Translations under genes and position numbers: made by a program
In this document: positions 34,301 to 47,212 of the stretch, piece after piece
Layout: every line of letters begins with the position of its first letter
How positions within the stretch are numbered: position 1 is the stretch's first letter
The notes under the pieces: generated by a model
Told to the model about the DNA's origin: nothing
The model's input: the letters and a program-made list of their open reading frames with translations, nothing else
Database searches by the model: none
From: Podarcis erhardii
Taxonomy: Eukaryota
DNA length: 64,000 nucleotides
Assembly (NCBI GenBank): GCA_964252035.1
Contig: OZ176201.1
Direction: 5' to 3' (one strand)

Positions 34301-37300
34301 CATCTGCCACCCCCAAGTTTTTAAGGCAACATGGATACCTAAAAACAAACTATGGGGAAGATTAGCTTTAAGGCAGTGGACAAGACTGGCTGCTCCACTC
34401 AAGGGATTAGCAAACAGTCCAGGCATGCTTTCCCCCCATAAAACATAGATACAATTTTTGGTAATCTATTTAGGTGACAGTCTTGAAACAAATGTAGAAT
34501 GTTATTTTAAAATAGTGAAAAGTAGGTGTCTTTCTACACTATGTGCCTTGGTGGTGGGGCTTAAGAAGTGCAGGTTGAAAAGTCATTTGTTCAGGCTATT
34601 TCAAGGAGCCCAAGATAGGACTGACCACATAGATTCTAGGTCCCCACTGACTTGGGAGTAGCTCCCCCCCCCCATCCTCTTTACACATGCATCAAGTAGA
34701 GAGAGGGAAGAGAAGAAGTTGTGCTTTGAATCTCACCTCTCCATTTGTCCACATTTTGCACTTTGGGTCCTTTGCCACATAATGTTGGAATGAGGAACAG
34801 GGGCCATGAAGGTAGGAAGCAGTGTTTGAAACTGAGATATGAAAGCTAGGAGCTAAACCTAGCTTATGGGTGCCACAATGGCACACTTTTTTATAACAAG
34901 CATACAAAGTTGAAAATGAATGAACTGCAGCTTAAATATTATGTTCATTTTTCACATATCCTCCCCCTGCCCACCCCTCCCGAATATTCTCAAGAGGGTC
35001 TCTTCTCCAGTCTTCAGAGAGTAGCTGGAAGTGGGGAGGCAGAAAAGGGTCCTCCTTTCCTTCCACTCTGCAGTTTTAATTTGAAATCTTAGGCTCAGTA
35101 CTGCGCCCAGAGCTCAAAAACTGCTTGCGCTAATGAAATTTCTTGTTGCAAAATGCGCCTAGAACAACACTGGTGTGAAGTCCTCCTTAGTGGCATGCCA
35201 GTGGTGCCAAACTCAGTATACTTGTTTCTTATTCTGAGATTCTGCAAATAATGGTTAATTTGAGAATGCACATTGTATCTGTTCATGACATTTTGTTGGC
35301 ACACTTGGTGCTCTGTTCTTTGCTGTCTCTTCCCAGTCTCTCATATTGTTGCCTACCAACCAAGTCATGTTTTGGACTACAACTCCCACCAGCTCCAGTT
35401 AGCATGGCTGCAGGCAGTAGCTACAGCTGAGGTGGTACAGTGGGGCACTGTTCCTCTCCTGACTTCCCAACAGAATCTGATGCTCACACTGCACCACACC
35501 AAACTCCCCACATCTTGCCCCTCTCATTTGACCCACACCACCTCACAAGCTGTTACTGACTGGAGAGCCACAAGTTCCCCACCTCCACAGCAAACCTTTT
35601 AGCAGCCCTAGAAAGGCTATATGTATTATTCACATGTTGCAGAAGAGGGAGAACGAGTTGGGAGAATAGCAGTTTTCCTGAAGACCGCTTAATGAATTTG
35701 TAGCCAAACTGAAATTTGAAGCAGGGACTTCCTGGGCTACAGATCACACATTTATAGTCAATATACTAGATCTTACTCCCTAGAGAAACAGCCATCAATC
35801 TGTATGTAGGCTATGATAAAGGGCTGCTTCATAAGTTACGTGCCATAAACACAGTTCACTGTCCTATTTGCAGTTTTGAGATTACTCTAGCCTAGCCAGG
35901 GCTAGCCTACTTGTGCCAGCAATGCCTTAACTTCCACTCTAGTTAGGATGAATAAATTACACTGCAATGCTTTTATATATGTTTTTATATTAATAAAATA
36001 GTCATTGAGCCTTGTTTTTAAACTATGAGCTTTATAAGTTTGACAAACCACAGAACTGGTTTCTTGCATGAGTGCTTAGTTGTATAACTGCCCACCTAAT
36101 GTGATTTAATGATAGTTTGATTATCCAGATGTGAGATTTAGAATGGACTGACCTACTATGAGACCCATATTTGACAACTAGGTCCAATGTATTTGTAATC
36201 TGTAATTACAACCAATAAGCATTCATAGGGCACTCATCTCCATACCAGCTGGGTCCTCACTGCACAATTTTCAGTAAAACAAAAGCAGACTGCTTAAAGA
36301 ATGAAAGGAAATGTTTTAGGTCTTCATAACTCTTAACAAATTAACCCAGATGAGGGCTAAACAAATTTAAGGAAACTTGGGGGTCCTGCTTTTCTGTGAA
36401 AGCTGGGGGAAAGGGGCAAAGAGCCCATTTTCTATTATGGCAAATTCAAGGTTTTGCAGCTAAACAGGATTATGTGCTCTTTTATGAGAAATTTGTTTCC
36501 AATCCCAACCCCCAACAAATGACCTGTACTTTCTGTATTAAGGAAAATGATGGGGAAATGCACTGGAAACTGGGATAACAATTGCTTAATAACCTCCCTA
36601 CAAAGAAATCAGAATGAATGCTAACTATATAGGTTGTCTGGAAATGACCTTACTCAGCCTTAGTAAGATAATAGAAGGGAATAATAATTATTTCAGCAAA
36701 AAGTTATTGCCAGCAGGCATTCCCCTCTATTTTAACAAGGCTGAACAAGTTAGCAGATTTTATTGAAATCTTTATTCCCAGAATGCTGCAATTAGCAAAT
36801 GAATTTTATTTGTGTTCACTGATAAAGAAATAGTCCTGCTCCATAAGGAATGAGATTGTGGCCATGGATGCATTTTAGTATGTTCTGGCAAATGTTGGCT
36901 CTTACTGGACAAAGATGGAAATGAAATTGGGTCATTTATTGAAGGCACCTGGAACACATATCAGACATGATTGTGTGGAAAGAATGAGAATAAATCTCTT
37001 CTCTTTTTTATTATTCTATGGGTTCACTCTGTTCCTCTTAAATGTTGATTTAACTAAGATAATTACTTCAATTAATTCCAGAATTGGAGCATGTGTAGTT
37101 TGTCTCTGCTTTCAGTTCATTTGTATATCTTCTACCTCACCTTCCAACTGCTATGTTTGCAATACTTTGGTGTCTGTTTAGCCTTATTTATTTTCCATGG
37201 GCTCTTGATTCTTTTTTGTTAGTTTATCCTGGGCTGAGGAAAACTAACTTGTATATTGGGACTTGCCAACCTGTTTGGGCCTGTGGGCATATTATGAATT

Positions 37301-39220
37301 TTGAGAGAATGTTGTGAGCCTCACACCTTCTGATTGCTTATCTCTCTGCTTCTGTGGGTCACTGTTCCCTACTCCTGCCAGAGTGTGCGCACACACAGAA
37401 ATTATTTGCCCTTCCAATGTGTGTACGCAAAAGTCAGATCCAATAGAAACTGCTTAGAGGTTTTATTTACAATTAAGCAGTATATGAATTCTGTTAAATA
37501 AAAAATAAAATAAAGGGATCCTATTCAATTTGCATAATTGTACACCCTTCCACCCAAAACAACCATTGTTAGACTTCACAGCAAGTCTCGGGTCTAGTGT
37601 TTGCCATCACCACATAAATATTAATCCAAGGCACAGATCCTAATGGTTTTTCAAGATTTTTACAGAGAATGACAACAAAATCATCAATAAATTACAGAGC
37701 GTATATATGATTTAATGTTAGTTTTGAGGGGATCCTTTGTTAAAAATGGTTTCCATAAGGACCCATATCTCTGATCAATTTTTTTTGAACCACAGCAGTG
37801 CTAGAAAGCATTAGATCTGTAATCTTTACAAGTCAGTGGAGACAGATAGGATCTATAATTTGATGATGGTTGGGTTGCAGGGAACCCTGGGGTGTGGGGT
37901 AGGAAATACAATTTCAGGGGAATCCATTTTACTGGATTAGATGTCCATGGGCATCTTCTATTCACCCTCTCCTATGACACCCCACCTTCTCCCTCTGCCT
38001 CCCCATGGGTTGCTCCATTTTCCTCCTCCCACATTGAGTTGAAAGAAAGTAAAAGAGTGTGGCATTCTTTCCCTTGGCATCCTTCAGCTTTTTTCAAAAG
38101 GCGGGAAAGTTACCGGTCCTTGCTTGCCATCTCATGTTGAGAGGGGCAGTTGTTGGGGGCAAGGAAGAGGCTTTGAGACTTCACAGGCAGCAGGAAAAGT
38201 CCTCAAGGGTGCCTTTATACCCACAGAGATGATGTTGGGGACCTTAGTTGAAAACAATGAAAAAAGCTATGACACGAGCTAGATGACTTTTTAAAAAAAC
38301 CTCACCTAAGTTCCCTAGTCAAATAGAACTCCTGATAAATTGGAACATGGAATAAAAACACTGATAGCCTCTCCACTCCTGCAGCTACTAGGTAAGGACA
38401 GCCCCTAACTTTTCTTGCCTTTCCCCCAACCCTGAAGGGATGATATGCTGACTGGAACTATTGTATTGTAAAATTGATGGATGTTTCCAGCCTGCATCCC
38501 CTGACAGAATAGTAATATCTGGCTTCCCATGCTACCTGGCGCTATTCGGTCAAAAAGACAAAACTGACAAGTGACTAACGAGCAGAGAGACACACTTGAT
38601 TCTTTCCCCTTCATCTTAGACAGACAAGATCAGTACCCTTTTGCTTGCCTTTCCCTCTCTTCCTGGAAGTAAATGAATGGGATAGTATGACATCTACATG
38701 TTGGAATCCAAGTTGGAATGAAAGGGGACAATAGACAGCACAGAATATTCATTACAAAGGCTGGGTGGAGATTCCCTGGAAGGCCAGTGCTGTTTGGAGG
38801 ACTTTATTTCACCCCTGTCTCAGCCATTCTTTCACTTTCAATTATCTCTGGTTGTTGTGTAACAGAAGGTCAGTTTCCTGTTCAGGGGCAGTGTCAGGAA
38901 GCCAGCACAGACGTATGTATACCTGCTGGGGCCTGCTACTGAGTTCTAGAGCTTTCTGGCCCTATTCTTTTCATTGCTCTTGCTGCCTAGTCACTTGCTC
39001 TTTCCAATATAGGGGCTGTGTGAGGAGCAAGAAGCTTCCACATGGCTTCTCTTTTCCCCATGCTATGGATTGAGCTATGATGCAGAGGTCAAGTGAATGG
39101 GCAGTGGTGACAATAGAAAACAGTGGGACCCAATGTCCACTAAGGGCATCTTGCCACGGGATCCCTAAAGTCTGGGACTGACACAGATCTTGTTAGTTTG
39201 AAGCTGGGTGGTGTTTAAAG

Positions 39221-39334
39221 TAGGGGTGGCTAACCTGTATTACTGCAGACGTTGCTGAACTATAGTTCCCAGCAGCCCCAGCTAGCATGACCAGTAGCAA
39301 GAAATGATGGGAGATGCAGTTCAGCGACATCTAG
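39221..39334. mobile_element. hAT-type MITE with truncated right end
   Basis: taggggtggctaacctg...gacgttgctgaactatagttccc...atgatgggagatgcagttcagcgacatct. Confidence 0.7.
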
Positions 39335-40276
39335 CCACTCTCAGTTAAAAGGATGCTCAGAGCAATGGAAGGGTGATCTCAAGTGGCACGCTTTTTAGTC
39401 AGTGCCCTTTATTACTTCATGTTGCTTGTGAAAACATCCTAACCAAATCATATGTTTACACCTGAAATGATTGGAGCACGGAAGAACTGCATTTTTGGGT
39501 TGTGTACATAACATATGTAGCAGAATGTGAACTGGATATGTGGAATTGCCTTTACAGCAAATAGTTGAGCCTAGACAGTGGATGGAATGATGCCTACCTG
39601 AAGATTTGGCCATCTCTCTTTTTGAGGGAAAGTGGCAGGTCCCTGGCAAGCAGATAGATGCCTGAGGTTTCTTAGTGTTGAGACAAATGTGGGTGGCAGA
39701 CGGGGATGAAGAAAGAAGCCTGCTCTCTCTGACACTGTAAAGAAGGAATGAAAGCACTAATGAGGCCGAGGGAGTGCTTGAATCTTCCAAACCACTGAAG
39801 TTTGACTGCCTTCAGCTCTCTGTGTTTTGTGTGTATATGTGTGTGTTTTCTTCCTAAAGCTTGTGAGACTTTTCTGATCTAAGGCCCAGGAAACTGATGA
39901 GCTTCAAATTAAATTACACCAGACGGCATAGCTTTACATTTCAAAGGGCTGGAGGGAGAGTGAGAAGGGCTCTGAGTTTCTGTTTCTTTGCAGTAATTGA
40001 GGTGATTTTTTTTTGACAGATTGTATTATTACAGTTGGATGCTAAATCCACAGCTGGTTTTGTGCCACTTGTTTATCTCTGTTTACTATGAGGAATTCAT
40101 AATAACCATTTGCAGAAATATCAGATAATATAATTATTAGCACAATGGAGTTGAAGAAAAAGAAACTGATGCTGGTCATCTGCAACTTTAGCCATAGGTT
40201 TATTTTTATAATTTATGACCTACCTTTTACCTGAAGGTGACAGAGTGGATTACAACACAATAACAATATAAAATAA

Positions 40277-40986
40277 AGGGTTCTACGTGGGGCTACCTTT
40301 GAATGTGACACAGTAACGACAACTAATCCAGAATGAGGCAGCTAGACCAAGGTGACTGAATTCATGGGACTGGCAGAGATGACCGGCAGAATCCGTGACC
40401 AGAAGAGAGAGACAGTGGAAGAAGACTGGAAAAAATTCAAAATCTATCTTAAAAATTGTTGCAAAATTTCGGAATGTTAAGATGTCAAGGGATTGGATAT
40501 AAAGAATTACAGCTGTAAAAATTGAAATTTAGAAAAAAAAAAAAAGCTTTAAAAACAGAATGAGGCAGCTAGACTGGTGACTGGTGGCTGCCAAGACCAT
40601 ATTACACAGGTCCTGAAAGGCCTACATTGGCTCCCAGTACATTTCCAAGCACAATTCAAAGTTGGCCTCAGCCCAGTATACCTGAAGGAGCATTTCCATC
40701 CCCAGCGTTCAGCCCGGATAGTGAGGTCCAGCTCCGAGGGCCTTCTGGCAGTTCTCTCACTTCAACAAGTGACGTTACAGGGAACCAGGCAGAGGGCCTT
40801 CTCAGTAATGGTGCCCGTCCTGTGGAACGCCCTCCCAAACTATCCGACTTTTAGAAGACATCTGAAGGCAGCCCTGTTTAGGGAAGTTTTTAAAGTTTGA
40901 TCTTTTATGATGTTTTTAATATTCTGTTGGGAGCCACCCAGAGTGGCTAGGGAAACCCAGCCAGATAGGCAGGAAATGAATAAAAA

Positions 40987-41034
<48 letters not shown>

Positions 41035-41035
41035 T
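40277..41035 (+). mobile_element. 5'-truncated L2 LINE with internal deletions, interrupted by an L1 fragment
   Basis: YVGLPL at 40280; DHITQVLKGLHWLPVHFQAQFKV...TLQGTRQRAFSV...FRRHLKAALFREVF; 3' UTR and (TTA)n tail at 40989-41034. Confidence 0.93.
40348..40555 (+). mobile_element. L1-clade LINE 3' end with poly(A) tail
   Basis: Translates KVTEFMGLAEMTGRIRDQKRETVEEDWKKFKIYLKNCCKISEC*, resembling squamate L1 ORF2 C-termini (recalled). Short 3' UTR, A13 at 40533-40545, perfect 19-bp TSD cagaatgaggcagctagac at 40329-40347 and 40556-40574. Confidence 0.8.
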
Positions 41036-41042
41036 TCTAAAC

Positions 41043-41211
41043 TTGCTCAGTGGTAGAGCATCTGCTTTGCATACAGAAGGTTCCAGGTTCACTCCCTGGT
41101 GTCTCCAAGTAAGGCTGGGAAAGCAAGCTGTCTGAAACCCTGGAGAGCCTCTGCCAGACTGAGCTAGATGGACCAATTGTCTGACTTGGTATAAGGCAGC
41201 ATCCTATGTTC
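41043..41211 (+). mobile_element. tRNA-derived squamate SINE (Squam2/Anolis SINE2-like)
   Basis: A box gctcagtggtagagc, B box ggttcactccc, body gaaaccctggagagcc...gagctagatggacca...ataaggcagcatcctatgttc. Confidence 0.85.
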
Positions 41212-41793
41212 TGCCTGTTGTCAGGTCAGATTTCATATCTGAAAGTTACAAAAACATGAAGCAGTTTCAAAAGCCACAAGGGATCCTTTGGAGATCAAAG
41301 GGGCAACACCTCTCTGTTGTTCTTAGGTGATGATTATCCACCAGCTGTGCAATCCTGTACAAGTCTATTCACAATGTTTACCGTACATTGGGATTTAACT
41401 TCCAGACAAATGCAGATAGCATTGTAGCTCAGGGTTACTGAAGATGGGTACCAGATTAAAAGAAATCATGCAAGGAAATAGCATGAAATAGCAGTGCTTG
41501 GAGTTGCTCTGTTGCCACATGATCAGTCATTTCCCATAAAAAGAAAGATGGGTCAGTGGCCAAAAAAATAGATAGATTTTTCTTATCTAAAACTGCTTTT
41601 ATGTTCTGTTTGGTATATAGCAGATTGTGGTAGGAAATTAGATGCATAAATCACACATCAGTTTTCTTTTATATTAAATGGATGTGAGAATTTTAATATA
41701 TATGCGTTTAGAATTTTGAGAAGACAGTCACTGCTTTTGTACTTGTGTCATTTTGATTACATGCAAACTTAGGTGGGGTGTCTATGAAATCCC

Positions 41794-42270
41794 ATGAGAA
41801 GATCCTTACTGGGTCAAACCCCAAACCCATATTAGTCTAGCATTCTGTTTTCACAGCGGCCAAGCATATTTCTGTGGGAAGCCTAAAAACAGAAGCAGAG
41901 TGCAACAGCACTCTCTCCACTTGTGCAGTAAATTCAATAGTATAACCATGTACGGTGTGAAGAATTCTGCTGAATTTTCCCACAATCAGCTCCCCAAGGT
42001 CTTAAGTTTGTAAGGGGAGAAACACTTTTCTCTATCCACTTTCTTCATTCCCTGCATAATTTCATACACTTCTAATGTCTCCCCCTCTCTAATTACTTGC
42101 CTTTTTTCCAAACTAAAAAGCCCCGAATGTAACTTGTAATCTTTCTTCATAGGGGACTTGTTCCAGTCCCATGATGATTTTGGTTGCCCTTTTCTGGACC
42201 TTCTCCAGTTCTGCAATATACTGGTACTTCTGAGATGCAGTGACCAGAACTGTGCACAGTGTTTGAAATA
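41794..42270 (-). mobile_element. Old CR1 3' region with deletions
   Basis: Minus-strand translation AELEKVQKRATKIIMGLEQVPYEERLQ, followed by 3' UTR remnants. Confidence 0.85.
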
Positions 42271-43827
42271 CAGTTAAACTTTTAACTCTGCTCAAAATAG
42301 CATCAATCTACTAATGGTTTTGGATACAGGATTTCAAACAATTGGGTACCTTCCTCTTGCAATTTATATTTATTCTTCATCCCTCCACCTTCTTTATAAC
42401 CATGCCAACTGGAACTGTTTCAGAAGTTTTGTGATGTATAGATGTAGTATTCAGTTTTTCTTTCACCATGACCGGGACCTTTTCAGCAGTGGGACCCCAG
42501 CTGTGGAATACCTTCCCTGGAAAGGCAGATGTCCTATCAATGCCAGACTATTTTGTTTCCTGCAGCCTTTTAAATCTTTTAGCTTTCAGCTCTTCATACC
42601 CTCTGTGATGTTTTAATGCTGCATTTATACTTATTTTATATTTGTTGATACAAGTACAACTTGCAGAAATAATATATTGTATTCTTGGCAATTAATAACA
42701 ATCCCCTTGATGCTAAATAATAATTAAATGAAATTGTGAGCTAAAATTTCTTGTGAGCTGGCTTGAGAACTTTGTTATATGGTGGCACTAAATATTGCAA
42801 ATAAATAACAGTATTCTACTAAACTAGATAGCTTAAAAACATTTTTTAATGGATTGGGATTTGTCTTCCACACCTCTGTGTGTTAGCTCTCACCACTGCT
42901 CTGTAACTGACCTCTTTCATGGTTTGCTCCGACATCAGTCATTTCTGTCAATACTCTAGGCCTAGGGTGTATTTCCTAAGCTCCTACTGACAGTCATTTA
43001 ACAGTATCAGATATTCTTCAATATTCTTTTGTTACCCTGATCTGTATCCCTTGCTTTTCCTTTAATGTTACCTCTGCTGATCTGATGACAGATTGCTTTG
43101 TTTAGGAAGACTGAAGCAAGCTGGTTGTTGAATAATTCTAATATCTTTGCACCTTTCCTTAGTGTCCCCTTGAAGGAGCTGAGTCATGTAGCATCCTAAG
43201 TTTTCCTTATGGCATACTTGCAAAATGTTTTCTTACTGATTTCCAGTTGCAATTTGTTTGGACGTCTTGTTTCTGGTTTATCACATCAAGTGCATAAATC
43301 TCCTCCTTTAGTGCCATGCCCTTTCTCTCATTTTCTCTAGGTTTCCCTTGTAATTTCCTCATTCAGTTGCATCACAGTCCTGCAGCTCCTCTCAGATTTT
43401 CTTTTGTATTGGATGGCTGTACATCAAAATGCTTTTTATGCCTTAGAAATGGCTAAATTGCCAGAATTCTTTTAATTCTCTCTGTTGGGCCTGATAAATT
43501 TGTTCATGTGAACCCTCAACTTTGATTATCACATAAAGCATCCACTCCCTTTTACGTTCTCAGTTCCCCACTAATTGTTCTAAAGAAACTGATCCCATTA
43601 GCTCTTCTGTCATCATTTTATAAGCAGAAATTGTCCTAGTCACACACAAATACATGTGCGCACACACATACACAAAACTGCTAACTGTTCTATTCCTTGC
43701 CACATTGTTTTCCAAACTTTCTTCTAGGAGGTAATCACAGGGCTAGACAGACTTTGGGCCCTGGCAGACTGCATAGTTGTTGGGATGTCCAACTGGAAAA
43801 AATAAGAATATAAGAAAAGCATGCTGG

Positions 43828-43829
<2 letters not shown>

Positions 43830-43871
<42 letters not shown>

Positions 43872-44829
43872 TTATTATTTATACCCCGCCCATCTGGCTG
43901 GGCCTCCCCAGCCACTCTGGGCGGCTTCCATGGAAACCAAAAATACAGTAAAATATCACATGTTAAAAACTTCCCTGAACAGGGCTGCCTTAAGATGTCT
44001 TCTGAATGTCAGGTAGTTGTTTATCGCTTTGACATCTGCTGGAAGGGAGTTCCACAGGGCGGGCGCCACTACAGAGAAGGCCCTCTGCCTGGTTCCCTGT
44101 AGCTTTGCTTCTCGCAATGAGGGAGCCGTCAGAAGGCCCTCGGCGCTGGATCTCAGCGTCCGGGCAGAACGATGGGGGTGGAGACGCTCCTTCAGGTATA
44201 CTGGACCAAGGCCATTTAGGGCTTTAAAGGTCAGCACCAACACTTTGAATTGTGCTCGGAAATGTACTGGGAGCCAATGTAGGTCTTTCAAGACGGTGTT
44301 ATATGGTCTCGGCGGCCGCCCCCAGTCACCAGTCTAGCTGCCGCATTCTGGATTAGTTGTAGTTTCCGAGTCACCTTCAAAGGTAGCCCCACGTAGAGTG
44401 CATTGCAGTAGTCCAAGCGGGAGATAACCAGAGCATGCACCACTCTGGCGAGACAGTCCGCAGGCAGGTAGGGTCTCAGCCTACGTACCAGATGGAGCTG
44501 GTAAACAGCTGCCCTGGACACAGATTTGACCTGTGCCTCCATGGACAGCTGTGAGTCCAAAATGACTCCCAGGCTGCGCACCTGGTCCTTCAGGGGCACA
44601 GTTACCCCATTCAGGACCAGGGAATCCTCCACACCCGCCCGCCTCCTGTCCCCCCAAAACAGTACTTCTGTCTTGTCAGGATTCAACCTCAATCTGTTAG
44701 CCGCCATCCATCCTCCAACCGCCTCCAGACACTCACACAGGACCTTCACCGCCTTCACTGGTTCTGATTTAAAAGAGAGGTAGAGCTGGGTATCATCCGC
44801 ATACTGATGAACACCCAGCCCAAACCTCC
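43830..44829 (-). mobile_element. Young 5'-truncated L2 LINE (RT C-terminus to the 3' tail)
   Basis: HQYADDTQLYLSF at about 44770-44810; ISRLDYCNALYVGLPLKVTRKLQLIQNAAARL; a single 1-nt deletion near 44294 splits ORFs 44288-44758 and 43956-44291. 3' UTR stem-loop and (TTA)n tail at 43830-43870. Confidence 0.97.
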
Positions 44830-45020
44830 ATCTAGCCCATCATCCTCTTCACACAGTGGCCACCCAGATGCCTGTGGGAAACCTGCAAGCAGGCCTGAAG
44901 CAAAGCACACCTATGGTTTGCAGCAACTGGCATTTAGAAGCACACTGCCTCTGATTGTGGAAGCAGAGCACAGCCATCATTGCTAGTGGCCATTGATAGC
45001 CCCATCCTCCATGCATTAGT
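44830..45020 (-). mobile_element. CR1 3' UTR fragment hosting the L2 (extreme 3' end at 43802-43829)
   Basis: Reverse complement of the 3' UTR at 10690-10872 (catctagcccatcatcc...cacagtggccacccagatgcctgtgggaaacc); terminal ataagaatataagaaaagcatgctggat lies on the far side of the L2. Confidence 0.8.
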
Positions 45021-45159
45021 CCAATCCTTTTCCAGGGAAGTGTGGGATGTCAAGTCTTATATTCCACTATGGAAAAGAGCAACTACCCACAGTACTACTT
45101 TTTCTTTTTTCAGGATAAAGAGTTCTGGGGAATATAGCACCATGCAATAGCAATGCAGC

Positions 45160-45380
45160 TGAGAAATCAATGACGCTCCGGTTTTGGTCACCTGTAGTCA
45201 AGAAGAATAAATTCAGACTAGAACAGGTGCAAAGGAGGGCAACTAAAATATATTTGCTCTGTTTAAGTTTGATAAAGCAAAGAAGGCTAAGAGAAATATG
45301 ATAGCCCCCTACAAATGTATCAGAAGAGAGAGGTGTTTTAAGTGTTTGAGATAAGAACTAGTGGGTACACATTGTCACCT
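45160..45380 (+). mobile_element. Very old CR1/L3 fragment
   Basis: gttttggtcacc...aaattcagactagaacaggtgcaaaggagggcaactaaaat...gaaggctaagagaaatatgatagc. Confidence 0.6.
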
Positions 45381-45989
45381 GCCAAAGAATTTGTTGACAT
45401 TATCTATTCTGAGCTCATGGTAATGAAGTAAAAAAGGATCTACTTTCTGCCGGAATCCCAGATACTGTGGTGTGGTTATGGTTTCAAATTAACCAGAAAA
45501 ACCAAACCCAGGCTGGCCAGCTCTAATTCCTAGGAAAATTAAGTAGATGAAGACTTTCATGATGTGGAGGCAATTCCCCTCTAACTGTTGCAGATCAAGT
45601 GGCTTTCAAAAGCTAAGATACAGGGGCCAATGTTGACAACCTTAAGCGTGGAGTATATATCTAACTTTACCCTGCCTCTACCTGCATTTGTTGGGTGAAG
45701 ATCTTGTAGATGGATTTTGCTTATGTTTAACATTTATACTGGCTACCATGCAGTTTGGGAAAATAATTTTCATGGAAAATAGATTGGCTAGTGAGTTGTT
45801 CTGGATTTGCCTTCCCATGTTGCTCAAGTAGTTCATCAGAGGTAATGTTCTGCGGGCCCCTTTGTGTGGTGAAGTTGCTCTGTGACTTTGGCACACAAGT
45901 CTGCATTGCATTGGTTGATATGTAGGGTGGGTGGAAGCTTAGGGAATTTAACAAGTTGACCTTTTGTGTTCCTTTCCGTTCATTTAATA

Positions 45990-46173
45990 CAGTGGTGTCC
46001 AAACTTTTTTCAAAGAGGGCCAGATTTGATGAAGTGAAGGGCCGTGGGGGTTGACCAAAGGGCCAACCAAAGTTGTTGAGGACTGAAGTTGTTGAGGGTT
46101 TTTTAGGATTTTACCCCAGGAAATAGACTGCCACATGGGACAGATTAAACCAACTGGCGGGCCAGATTAGGTC
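45990..46173. mobile_element. hAT-Charlie-like MITE fragment
   Basis: Left end cagtggtgtccaaactttttttcaaagagggccagatttg; right subterminal ggcgggccagattaggtccc. Confidence 0.6.
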
Positions 46174-47017
46174 CCTAAAATGGGGGTTGAGTCAATGGGG
46201 GTATTTAATGCTAGCTATTAAGATATATTGTGTGATGTGTTAAATGCTTTGGCACAACATAGATCCAGCTATTGACTGGGGAGAGGCAAACTGGCTTATA
46301 TCATTGTCTTATACCCTACAATTTGATTTTCTGATTAATCCATGTGGTTAGAATGTGATCCTGAGCTTGTTAATAGAAAGCATAGCAGCTGCAAAGGTCA
46401 AAGGAATCATTTTCTAACCTTTTCTTACCCTGCTGCCAGTGTTTAGCTTTGAAAAGAAAAAGAAACCCTCTCTTACAATAAGCTTGTTTTCTGTCTCTGC
46501 ATCTCTTCTTCCTGACAGCATAGGCTGGTAATTGGCTTGCCTTCCATTCTGGCACCACAGTGGAGAGCGCTCAGCTAGTTCACTCTTTTTCGGTTGAGGT
46601 AATGAGACCTCCTGGGATAGTGCACATGATCCCTCAGCTGTGCTGATTTGGTATTTGGGAAGAGGCTGATTGGAAACGGGGAGCCGGATCACACGCATTG
46701 TTGCTTTCCACACCTTCCACTCCTTTTGATTACTTCCCACTAGATCTTAAAATTCTGTGCTGCAAAATGTTTATGTTCAGTTGACATCACTCTCCGGATT
46801 CCATTCACAGAGAGGTGAACTCAGACGTGACTTAGGAATAAAATTATTAAGGACCATAACTGGGAAACTTGCTTAGTCACTTCGGTTCCCCTCCTCCCAT
46901 ATTGGAAGAGAACCATGGCTGAACCTCCCTGCACTGTCCTCTAGGTGCATGTATTACTATATTTATATCTCCATCCTGCCTCCACTTTTTTTAAAGTGAC
47001 AACATACTGTAGATGTT

Positions 47018-47212
47018 GGGGGAGGCCCATAGCTTTGTGGTAGAGCATCTGGCTTGCATGCAAAATATCCCACATTTGGTCCTTGGCATCTTTATAAAGG
47101 CCTGGGAAAGACTCCTGTCTGAAACCTTGGAGAACCACCTCCTGTTAGAATAGACAATATTGAGCTAGATGGACCACACTGATTTGGTATGTAAGGCAGC
47201 TTCCCCTGTTCC
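47018..47212 (+). mobile_element. tRNA-derived squamate SINE (Squam2/Anolis SINE2-like)
   Basis: gtggtagagcatctggcttgcatgc...gggaaagactcctgtctgaaaccttggag...gagctagatggacca...taaggcagcttcc. Confidence 0.85.

Noticed and set aside
35095-35165. Three TGCGC motifs as a metal-response element cluster
   Set aside because: Only the first fits TGCRCNC; insufficient evidence.
41043-41120. tRNA gene calls at SINE heads (also 4022, 13776, 47018)
   Set aside because: A and B boxes are present, but they run into SINE bodies and tails, some with TSDs, and lack a complete cloverleaf.
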